Virus record (IMG/VR): IMGVR_UViG_3300011008_000028
Direction: 5' to 3' (one strand)
Source: a virus
Taxonomy: Duplodnaviria; Caudoviricetes
Length of the DNA stretch: 64,000 nucleotides
Within the stretch, counting starts at the first letter, position 1; each line of letters begins with the position of its first letter. The notes beneath the pieces are model-generated. The model ran no database searches. It saw only the letters and a program-made list of their open reading frames with translations, and had not been told where the DNA came from. Positions 29,872 to 38,046 of the stretch are shown in pieces. The position numbers and the translations under genes were made by a program.

Positions 29872-30438
29872 GTGAATACATTGCGTTTAGCTGGAAATAC
29901 AATTGTCCAGACATTGGATATTGATACAGGTGAACCTTGGAGAGGACCTATAACATCTCTATTCGAGAAATATCCAACCTGTCTTGAATTGCCATTTATC
30001 AATCCATATCACAACGTGTTGAAACTCAATAACGTTAAGATCACAGACTGGACGGGATGGACAAATTTGCTTTATATTGAGCAGAATATAATGTATGGTG
30101 AAGTATGGAAAGAAGTCAAGATTGGCAGAGAATCCGTGATTGCATTATTCCATCCGAAATCGTTAATACCCACATGGAGAAATATGAATTACAGACGATC
30201 ATTCAATGGTAGAGAAGTATATGAGTACAAGGTCGTCCCAATCACAGAACTAGATGAAGCAAGAGGACGGGTCCTATATGGATCCGACCCTTCTTCTGAT
30301 GAGTCATTTTTCCATGATATCGAGCTGGGTGATACAGGGTATGATCATCCGGTGTTTTACACAATTCATACTGAGAGCAGGTTCTATAATGTGAACAACA
30401 TTCTCGATACGAATTACGAAGGAACTGGTTCCAGATAA
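29872..30438 (+). CDS. hypothetical protein
   Basis: 188-aa ORF directly after ligA. Confidence 0.6.
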   Translation: MNTLRLAGNTIVQTLDIDTGEPWRGPITSLFEKYPTCLELPFINPYHNVLKLNNVKITDWTGWTNLLYIEQNIMYGEVWKEVKIGRESVIALFHPKSLIPTWRNMNYRRSFNGREVYEYKVVPITELDEARGRVLYGSDPSSDESFFHDIELGDTGYDHPVFYTIHTESRFYNVNNILDTNYEGTGSR

Positions 30439-30531
30439 TTATATATTATACATAAGATGCATGATACATAATATCTGGATTATGTGGCCACATACATCAG
30501 TAACAAATTTAACCCTAGGGAGGTATCACGT

Positions 30532-31536
30532 ATGAAAAAGAAGAAGCTCAAAATTCCGAAGAGCGTCTTAAATCTCAGAATGAGTCCGAAGAAGTTCGCG
30601 AAGAAGAACAATATCAGGCTCAAAGGAAAAGGCATTTCCAAGAAGGAAAGAAAGCACAATCATAAGAGACTCATCAAGGAGTACTCTGATTTTGCTGCGA
30701 CAGGTCTGAACAAGGCCGTGAAGATTCTGGCGGAGAACCCTGATGCCAAGAAAGCGGATAAGGTAAAAGAAGGTGTTGAGAATATCATCACCAATCCGGA
30801 TGTCATGAAGAGGATCGTCAAGATCTACAAGAAGAATCCGGGCACATATCCGAACATGATGTTCCTGCCGAATATGATCATGAACACTCTCGTGTACTAT
30901 GCATCTGATGCAATCTCCGATGAGGAGAAGGAAGTCGGCAAGGCTCTTGACACGGACAGCCTGATCACCTTCTGTGAAAAGATTCTGAAGAAGGAGATCA
31001 AAAGATACGAGAAGTTCGGTCTCGAAGAGGAAGTTGCTTATCAGTTAGCAACAGTAATTCCCACGACAAAGCTGTTCAGAAACCGTCAGTGGTACAAGCG
31101 TCTGATTCAGCAGATGTACGATATCGCTGAAAAGAATCCCGTTGATATCGATGCTGTACTTAAGGCTGTATGCAAGATCGACAAGAAGAAGGGAATTTCC
31201 AAGAAGGAGTTCCTGGAAGGATTCTTCAGTGAGTTCATCCTTACCAAGGCATCGAACTCGAAGACGGCGAAGTTCACCGATACCCAGAAGGAACTGCACG
31301 AAGGTCTCATCGAACGTACTCTGGTATATCTGGACAACCTTAAGGTCCGTAAGACAAAGGAAATCCTCAAGAGATATATCAAGAAGAGACAGACGGCGGA
31401 GTCATACAAGAACGACACCAAGCGTGTGATCAAGTTCATTGACCATGCAAATTCGAATAGCCCGTATTCGAATATCAAATCGGCAATTAATGATCTCATT
31501 GCAGATAACTCTGCATACGAGGCATATTTATCGTAA
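30532..31536 (+). CDS. hypothetical protein with Lys-rich N-terminus
   Basis: ATG 30532 after GGGAGG; TATATTAT at 30442-30449. Confidence 0.75.
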   Translation: MKKKKLKIPKSVLNLRMSPKKFAKKNNIRLKGKGISKKERKHNHKRLIKEYSDFAATGLNKAVKILAENPDAKKADKVKEGVENIITNPDVMKRIVKIYKKNPGTYPNMMFLPNMIMNTLVYYASDAISDEEKEVGKALDTDSLITFCEKILKKEIKRYEKFGLEEEVAYQLATVIPTTKLFRNRQWYKRLIQQMYDIAEKNPVDIDAVLKAVCKIDKKKGISKKEFLEGFFSEFILTKASNSKTAKFTDTQKELHEGLIERTLVYLDNLKVRKTKEILKRYIKKRQTAESYKNDTKRVIKFIDHANSNSPYSNIKSAINDLIADNSAYEAYLS

Positions 31537-31562
31537 TAAGTAAATAGGAGGAGTATTTAGCT

Positions 31563-32090
31563 ATGGCTAAGAAGAGTAAGAAGATCGACAAGGAAACGCG
31601 TCGCATGATCGAAAGCATCTCCGATCTCGTTAAGAAGAAAGGAGATCGCTATAAGTTCAAATCCAAGAAGAAGAAGCTGATTAAGAAGGTTAAGATGAGC
31701 TGCTGCCACTGGACTATCCGTAAAGGCAAGGAAGTTCCGACAACCATCAGAGACCCGCAGCGTGACGGATATTATAAGTGCGCAATATGCGGCGCTTCCT
31801 TCCCGGTTAAGCCTCAGACGATGGATGACGGCACCTCCGCTTATAAGGAAACCACGAAGCAGATGCTCGAACTCGTTGATCAGATGCAGTTCTATGGCGT
31901 AAAGCTCGGTGGTGATGCGGATGATACCAAGATGTTCCTGAAGCTCAAGGAGAACCTCCCTAGGTTTGCAAAGGTATCGGCCCAGATCATCAAGAGACTT
32001 AACAAGCGTGAGACCTTCGACAAGAGACGCGAAAAGGGTGATTCGTTGTCGAGATTCGATAGCTACAGTAGCTTCCAGTACCGCGGCTAA
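31563..32090 (+). CDS. basic Zn-ribbon protein
   Basis: CCHW...CAICG; AGGAGG RBS. Confidence 0.7.
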   Translation: MAKKSKKIDKETRRMIESISDLVKKKGDRYKFKSKKKKLIKKVKMSCCHWTIRKGKEVPTTIRDPQRDGYYKCAICGASFPVKPQTMDDGTSAYKETTKQMLELVDQMQFYGVKLGGDADDTKMFLKLKENLPRFAKVSAQIIKRLNKRETFDKRREKGDSLSRFDSYSSFQYRG

Positions 32091-32099
32091 ACAACATAT

Positions 32100-32126
32100 A
32101 TCACACCCGGGAATCCCGGGTGTGAT
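32100..32126. terminator. palindromic hairpin
   Basis: ATCACACCCGGGA-a-TCCCGGGTGTGAT. Confidence 0.65.
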
Positions 32127-32156
32127 TAAAATTTTATACTTCTAGGAGGATTTAAG

Positions 32157-32807
32157 ATGAATATACTTGAAATGATCGAATGGAAACCATTCAACCTTGA
32201 AACTGCTCCGAAGAATCACACTCTGATACTTCGCAATGTAGCAGATCATCTGGATATTACCATGGTGATTTACAATGCCCAAACAGGAAAGTTTGCCATC
32301 ATGAACGCTAACCCGATCTCTGAAGTTAGCGAGGAGATGTATGACAAGGGACTCATTCTGGTCGACCATGATAAGTTCGAAAACTCGGAGTATTTTACAG
32401 TTCAGGATCTCTCTCAGCAGGATGCGTCGATCGTCACCAGCGCTGCGTTACTGGATCTGACTGCCATGTCACCAATTTTCTACCCGAGGTTCGATCACAA
32501 GAACGCCAAAGAGTTCGTCTCAAAGAATATCATGATTCCCACTGTTCAGCCGTTTTTCTCCGTCTTTAACAGTGCAATGATGATCGAGGATATTGCGAAC
32601 TCGACAATGGTTAGTAAGACGAAGGTATCTGGATCGGATATCGTGTCTTTCTATGATACCATGGATCATGCCAAGAACATGAAGATGTTTGCACTGGTAT
32701 CCATGCACAGAGAGTGGATCGCTGTTCAGGATAAGGATGAACTTCTCGATGAAACATATGAGAAGATGGTTGCCAATGGTGCATTTGATGATGAGGAGGA
32801 AGAATAA
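32157..32807 (+). CDS. hypothetical protein, first gene of the NAD cluster
   Basis: 216 aa, AGGAGG RBS; TAATG overlap with pncA. Confidence 0.7.
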   Translation: MNILEMIEWKPFNLETAPKNHTLILRNVADHLDITMVIYNAQTGKFAIMNANPISEVSEEMYDKGLILVDHDKFENSEYFTVQDLSQQDASIVTSAALLDLTAMSPIFYPRFDHKNAKEFVSKNIMIPTVQPFFSVFNSAMMIEDIANSTMVSKTKVSGSDIVSFYDTMDHAKNMKMFALVSMHREWIAVQDKDELLDETYEKMVANGAFDDEEEE

Positions 32808-33418
32808 TGAAAAAGAAATTACTAATTGTAATCGATATGCAGAAAGACTTTGTCGATGGAAGTCTTGGAAGTAGGCAGGCACAGGCAATCGTTCCTCGCG
32901 TACAGGAACTGATTGATTCTGATGAGTTTGACATTACTCTCTTTACCAGAGATACTCACAATGAAGACTACTTGGACAATACTCTCGAAGGCAAGATGCT
33001 CCCAGTTAAGCACTGCATCTATGAGACAGATGGTTGGCAGCTGGTTGTTAAACCCAAGATCGAAGAGTACAATGGTCTGTCGGCTATCATCGACAAGTAC
33101 ACGTTCGGCTCTACGAATCTTGTACCAACAATCATTGAGGCAATATCCAATTTCGAGAGTACCTATAGGCTCACGATTCCGGATATCGCCAAAGAATTCA
33201 TCGATACTATTACGATTGTCGGGCTGTGTACCGACATCTGTGTTATCTCCAATGCACTTCTTCTGAGAGCCGAATTCCCTGATACAAGAATCATCTGTGA
33301 TGCGTCGGCATGTGCTGGTGTTACACCTCATCGTCATGAGTGCGCTCTGGAAGTTATGAGAAGTTGTCAGATCGAAGTAATCAACGCATGCCCTGATATG
33401 CCCAATGAGAAGGAGTAA
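32807..33418 (+). CDS. pncA: nicotinamidase (isochorismatase family)
   Basis: VIDMQKDFVDGSL, TRDTH, HC...GW, DKYTFGS, GLCTDICV. Confidence 0.9.
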   Translation: MKKKLLIVIDMQKDFVDGSLGSRQAQAIVPRVQELIDSDEFDITLFTRDTHNEDYLDNTLEGKMLPVKHCIYETDGWQLVVKPKIEEYNGLSAIIDKYTFGSTNLVPTIIEAISNFESTYRLTIPDIAKEFIDTITIVGLCTDICVISNALLLRAEFPDTRIICDASACAGVTPHRHECALEVMRSCQIEVINACPDMPNEKE

Positions 33419-34657
33419 ATGATGTTTATTTTGGAGAAGATAGATCACAAGCTTCCGAGAATCATCAATAGCCTGTTGGAGACAGACATGTATAAGTTCT
33501 CCATGGGACAGGCGATATATCACCAGTTCTCGGATTACAAAACCACATGGACATTCAAATGCAGGAATCAGGATGTCCACTTTACAGAAGAGATGGTTGA
33601 GGAGATCAAGAATCAGATTAAGCTGTATTGCGAACTGCAGTTTACCGAGGAAGAGCTCCAGTACCTGAACAACATCAAATGGATCAAAGGATCATATGTG
33701 GACTTCCTCCGGCTGTGGAGACCTCGGTTCGAAGACTTCGAAATATCATCTGATTCCGCCTGCGGACTTTCCATTGAGACCAAGGGAACTTGGCTAAATA
33801 CTTCTATGTATGAGATCCCTACATTGGCGATCGTCAATGAGGTGTATTTCAAAATGCAATACGATTATCAGATGCTTCTGAAGAGCTTCCAACAGAAGCT
33901 GGACGAAAAGTGTGAATGGATTCACAAGGGAACCATCTACCCTGGCACATTCTCCGAGTTCGGTCTAAGAAGAAGACTGTCTGGAGATGCACAGGAATTG
34001 GCCGTCAAGCAGCTATCGGAAACCAGACTCTGTTCCGGCAAGTTCGTCGGTACATCCAATGTCTATCTGGCAAAGAAGTATAACCTGACTCCCGTAGGAA
34101 CAATGGCTCATGAATGGTGCATGTGTGTAGGCCAAGGCAACCATAAGCACAACCCTGCATATTCCAACTGGTATGCTCTGGATGCCTGGGTTAAAGAATA
34201 TGGAGTCCTGAATGGAATTGCATTAACAGATGCAATCACAACTGACTGCTTCCTGAAGGACTTCAGACTTACATATGCTACCCTCTTCTCAGGCGTAAGG
34301 CATGATTCTGGTGATCCTTATGAGTGGGGCGAAAAGATGATCAAACACTACGAGTCGCTCGGAATCAATCCGAAAACAAAGACTCTGTTGTTCAGTGATT
34401 CTCTCGACTTCCATAGAGCAGACAAGCTCTTCCGTCACTTCTGTGAATACACAAACGTTGCATTCGGCATTGGAACATATCTTTCAAATGATACCGATGT
34501 TGCCCCGCTTAATATCGTTATGAAGACAACGATGTGCAACGGAATGGATGTAGCCAAGATCTCGGATACCGAAGGTAAAGGAATGTGTAAGAATCCAGAG
34601 TACGTTGAGTATCTGAAGAGATGTATAGATTGGAGAATGAGTCATGAAGCCAGGTAG
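33419..34657 (+). CDS. pncB: nicotinate phosphoribosyltransferase
   Basis: SLLETDMYKFSM, EFGLRRR, GTSN, GTMAHEW, GVRHDSGDP, FSDSL, FGIGT, KISD..GK. Confidence 0.95.
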   Translation: MMFILEKIDHKLPRIINSLLETDMYKFSMGQAIYHQFSDYKTTWTFKCRNQDVHFTEEMVEEIKNQIKLYCELQFTEEELQYLNNIKWIKGSYVDFLRLWRPRFEDFEISSDSACGLSIETKGTWLNTSMYEIPTLAIVNEVYFKMQYDYQMLLKSFQQKLDEKCEWIHKGTIYPGTFSEFGLRRRLSGDAQELAVKQLSETRLCSGKFVGTSNVYLAKKYNLTPVGTMAHEWCMCVGQGNHKHNPAYSNWYALDAWVKEYGVLNGIALTDAITTDCFLKDFRLTYATLFSGVRHDSGDPYEWGEKMIKHYESLGINPKTKTLLFSDSLDFHRADKLFRHFCEYTNVAFGIGTYLSNDTDVAPLNIVMKTTMCNGMDVAKISDTEGKGMCKNPEYVEYLKRCIDWRMSHEAR

Positions 34658-35246
34658 AGTTATACTAATTCCTGGGACATTCAATCCACCTACAAACGCC
34701 CATATCGCAATGAGTCAGGAATTACATAAAGTATTTCCCGGAAGTAAAATTGTGTATGTTCCCTGTAATGATAACTACACAGTGGAATACAAGAAGCAAC
34801 AGGGATGTATCAAGATGGAAGACCGTGTTCGGCTGTTGTATGGATGTATTAATCAGAAATATTCGTATGTGTCGATATTTGAAGCCAATGCTGATCCATA
34901 CGGATACCTTATAGATACTGCCCGGTATTATCATTCCATCTATGATGATGTCGCAATCTGTCTGGGTGATGACAATCTTAAACATTTCGATACATGGAAA
35001 GATGCTGAAGCACTGATTCAGGAGAATATGATTGTATATTTCCATAGAGCCGGCTATTGTGGCAACTTCTGTAAATTAATACAAGATCATCACTGGCAGT
35101 GTATTTCAGTTCCTGGGGTTATTCCAAACATCTCATCCACGAAAATACGTCAAGCGTATCTAGATGGGAACTGGGATCTGATAATCCAGAATGTTCCGGA
35201 AAACGTATTCTTGTATCTTCGTTACACAGATGGCCTCTTTGAGTGA
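34644..35246 (+). CDS. nadD: nicotinate/nicotinamide mononucleotide adenylyltransferase
   Basis: GTFNPPTNAH, GDDNL..F.TW, ISSTKIR, VPENV..Y. Confidence 0.88.
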   Translation: MKPGRVILIPGTFNPPTNAHIAMSQELHKVFPGSKIVYVPCNDNYTVEYKKQQGCIKMEDRVRLLYGCINQKYSYVSIFEANADPYGYLIDTARYYHSIYDDVAICLGDDNLKHFDTWKDAEALIQENMIVYFHRAGYCGNFCKLIQDHHWQCISVPGVIPNISSTKIRQAYLDGNWDLIIQNVPENVFLYLRYTDGLFE

Positions 35247-35254
35247 TATGAAAA

Positions 35255-35280
35255 CAGATGGGCAGGATCCTGCCCATCTG
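35255..35280. terminator. perfect 26-nt palindrome between nadD and nadE
   Basis: CAGATGGGCAGGATCCTGCCCATCTG. Confidence 0.6.
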
Positions 35281-35307
35281 AGTTATTTTTATAAAGGAGA
35301 ATTCAAA

Positions 35308-36141
35308 ATGGAATATGATGTCAAAGATTATACCCGATGGATCATCGAATGGATCCAGGGCTGGTTCAATGTTAATGGCAAAGGTTGTAATGCCATAGTC
35401 GGAATATCCGGCGGTAAGGACAGCACGATTGTTGCCAAACTTTGTTGTGAAGCTCTCGGTGAAGATCGTGTCAGCGGTGTGTTAATTCCGATGGATATGG
35501 AACCTGACCCGATTGCATATCGCGTAATCCAGTATCTTGGGATTCATTATACCACGATCATAATCGGTCAAGCATATAAGTCCATCATTGATCAGATCTA
35601 TTCGTTTGGCGATCGAGTTTATATACATAAAGATCTCGTGACTCGACAGATTAATGAGGAACCATCCGCTGCAACCAAGATCAATCTCCCGGCTAGATTG
35701 AGAATGGCTGTGTTATATGCACATGCCCAATCCAATAACGGGCGTGTTGCAAATACATGCAACTTCTCCGAAGACTATGTTGGCTACTCTACCAGATACG
35801 GTGATAGTGTTGGTGACTTCAGCCCTATCTCAAACTTCACCGTTACTGAAGTCAAAGAGATTGGCAGGTATCTTGGAATTCCGAACGAATTCATCGATAG
35901 ACCTCCAGAAGATGGTCTATGCGGGAAAACGGATGAGGACAATCTTGGGTTCACATATGATATGCTGGATAAGTATATCACCGAGGGTATCCTTCCCCCT
36001 CCCGAGATCAAGGAGAAAATCGATCGTCTTCATAAGCAGAATCTATTCAAGCTCAAACTAATGGAGTCCTGTCCGAACCCATTCGTCAAGAGAGCAGCTC
36101 TTGATGAACTAAAGGAGGAGAGCCCAGTTGACAGAGTTTAA
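35308..36141 (+). CDS. nadE: NH3-dependent NAD+ synthetase
   Basis: VGISGGKDS, NLPARLRMAVLY, NFSEDYVGYSTRYGD, PEDGL..TDEDNLGFTY; ATG 35308 after AAGGAG. Confidence 0.93.
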   Translation: MEYDVKDYTRWIIEWIQGWFNVNGKGCNAIVGISGGKDSTIVAKLCCEALGEDRVSGVLIPMDMEPDPIAYRVIQYLGIHYTTIIIGQAYKSIIDQIYSFGDRVYIHKDLVTRQINEEPSAATKINLPARLRMAVLYAHAQSNNGRVANTCNFSEDYVGYSTRYGDSVGDFSPISNFTVTEVKEIGRYLGIPNEFIDRPPEDGLCGKTDEDNLGFTYDMLDKYITEGILPPPEIKEKIDRLHKQNLFKLKLMESCPNPFVKRAALDELKEESPVDRV

Positions 36142-36739
36142 ACTTTCGCGATATGTCAAAGAGGAGTTACCAACATGGGCAGAAATGCATGAATGGTATC
36201 AGAATCAGTTCTATGATTATATACCTCCTGCACATAAGGAACCACTTGACCCTTACTGGAAGATTCCGAAACGGCTATACACATTGGCTTCCGTATGCAA
36301 CCAGCTCAACAAGATGCTCCTTGAAGATGAATATATTATTGGACTTATTAATACACTACACGATGAGTTCGAAGATTTAGCAATCGATGACATATATTTC
36401 GCTATTCATATAGGGGCATTCCATAACGTAGATAAGAATACGATTTATACTTGGGATACGAAACCAAATCCATTCATATCAGATTCATCTACCAGACAAA
36501 TGGTAAATCCTTCGCTTCACAGCAGCTTGGTTGTTATCACACATCAGTCAAAAGATTTAAAAGCAATTCTCACAGAAGAAGAAGCAAAGGCATTACATAG
36601 TCGAATAATTGAGTTCATGTTTATGGAGATTGAACGGTATTATACAGAACCGATTGGTTGGAAAGATGAAAAAGGCAATCCGTCTATCTATCGGAAGAAG
36701 CCCTTTGTTTGCCCTTCTGGATTTGATCCTGCGTTATGA
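36128..36739 (+). CDS. hypothetical protein
   Basis: 203 aa, TTG start after AAGGAGG, overlaps the nadE end. Confidence 0.65.
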   Translation: MTEFKLSRYVKEELPTWAEMHEWYQNQFYDYIPPAHKEPLDPYWKIPKRLYTLASVCNQLNKMLLEDEYIIGLINTLHDEFEDLAIDDIYFAIHIGAFHNVDKNTIYTWDTKPNPFISDSSTRQMVNPSLHSSLVVITHQSKDLKAILTEEEAKALHSRIIEFMFMEIERYYTEPIGWKDEKGNPSIYRKKPFVCPSGFDPAL

Positions 36740-36747
36740 CAAAGATA

Positions 36748-36771
36748 CCACCCCGGGATAACCCGGGGTGG
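36748..36771. terminator. palindromic hairpin ending the NAD cluster
   Basis: CCACCCCGGG-ataa-CCCGGGGTGG. Confidence 0.65.
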
Positions 36772-36943
36772 CTCCGTTGTTACCATCATGATATATGATA
36801 CATATGGAAATCTTGATCGTTATGACGATAACGATACATGATATGACTTATAAACATCATCATTTTTCAATGATATATTATTAATATGAGAGATTAGTAA
36901 GATCGATCTCCCAAATCCTTATTTCAGAAAGGAGGATACAGTT

Positions 36944-37081
36944 ATGGAAATATTGAACTACATATTCAATATTCTTAGTTTCATCAACTGGCTGTTTGCT
37001 AGCATCACTGTCATAGTCGTTGCTATCTTTACAATCAAGATGGTGATTTCCGAGATACTCCATGACAAGGATTCCAAGTAA
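36944..37081 (+). CDS. 45-aa single-TM peptide (not in the ORF track)
   Basis: MEILNYIFNILSFINWLFASITVIVVAIFTIKMVISEILHDKDSK; AAAGGAGG RBS; TATATTAT at 36874-36881. Confidence 0.7.
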   Translation: MEILNYIFNILSFINWLFASITVIVVAIFTIKMVISEILHDKDSK

Positions 37082-37194
37082 GTGAATCCTCCCTCTCATA
37101 AGGAATAAGGAACTTCTCAAAATCATTGGGGTGGACGACCTAAGCCCGCCTCTTGATTTTTGTTCATAAATCACATCATTAGGAATCTGTCTAA

Positions 37195-37507
37195 TCATTT
37201 CAACATTTTACGATCGAATTCTGGAATGTGCACATCTCCCCAGATTTCTTTCATTGTGTTGTATAACATTTCTGGAGTAACCCGGGTTGTCGATATTACA
37301 TCCTTCCCGACTATCTTGCCCATGACATTGGTCCTGTATACCTCGATTATGCATCCACCTTTGAATACAACATAGTATTCAGATTGAAGCAACTCTCCTG
37401 AGTTTCACAGTTATCCAACTACCATCTGAATTGACATCCCATTGATCAGGATCAAGTCTACCCATGAGTTCGTAAACATTGTTCAATGCATCCGTGTTAA
37501 TTTTCAT
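37195..37507 (-). CDS. two short overlapping ORFs (37379-37507 and 37195-37392), possibly one frameshifted gene
   Basis: 42-aa ORF with GGAGG RBS ends 14 nt into a 65-aa TTG-start ORF. Confidence 0.45.
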
Positions 37508-37550
37508 ATTGGAATTCCTCCCGCATATTTTTTGTTATGGAACAGTAAGA

Positions 37551-37579
37551 ACATCCCCCGGAATGATTCCGGGGGATGT
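37551..37579. terminator. palindromic hairpin
   Basis: ACATCCCCCGGAAT-g-ATTCCGGGGGATGT. Confidence 0.65.
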
Positions 37580-37581
37580 GA

Positions 37582-37878
37582 TTAGTTTTTCACATTGGCC
37601 GTTACGGTATCTCCGTTCATACTAACATTTGCATTGTCGGTTAATGACTGTTGAATCTGAGATGCTGTTTCACTGTCTGTAGATACCTTCATACTGAAGG
37701 CAGTATCTCCATCTGTACTTGGTCCAGGAGATACATTATCGATCTTTTCAGATTGGTCTTTGACAGCATCATAGCATGCAGAAAAAGAATCATACTTGTT
37801 GGTCACGAAGTCTGTCAGCTTGGCGGGATCATCGGCCGGTATTACCTTGCCCATATAACCGGGCTTATACTTTTCCAT
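37582..37878 (-). CDS. hypothetical protein
   Basis: 98-aa ORF followed by palindrome 37551-37579. Confidence 0.65.
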   Translation of the reverse strand: MEKYKPGYMGKVIPADDPAKLTDFVTNKYDSFSACYDAVKDQSEKIDNVSPGPSTDGDTAFSMKVSTDSETASQIQQSLTDNANVSMNGDTVTANVKN

Positions 37879-38023
37879 CGTTGGTAACCCTGCTTTCTGT
37901 TAAGAGATTTGATAAGGGAGGATTCTTACTCAGATATTCCTCCCTCAGTTCGAGCAACTTTATGAAATATCCTCGGGGAAGTTTAGTAAACGCATAGTCA
38001 AAGGTAGGATCATCTTTGAACAT
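37865..38023 (-). CDS. 52-aa ORF or -1 frameshift extension of 38047..39900 (not in the ORF track)
   Basis: MFKDDPTFDYAFTKLPRGYFIKLLELREEYLSKNPPLSNLLTESRVTNDGKV; this frame is open upstream through CTTTTT at 38103-38098. Confidence 0.55.
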   Translation of the reverse strand: MFKDDPTFDYAFTKLPRGYFIKLLELREEYLSKNPPLSNLLTESRVTNDGKV

Positions 38024-38046
38024 ACGACCACTCTTCTCCAGGATCT

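Noticed and set aside
30532-32090. Phage nucleus shell (chimallin) or tubulin PhuZ
   Set aside because: Sizes and motifs do not match, and no tubulin signature was found in the window.
32822-33580. Long antisense ORFs (for example 32822..33580, 11552..12244, 2088..2651, 25882..26439)
   Set aside because: They are shadows of well-supported genes on the opposite strand, with no RBS or recognisable motifs.
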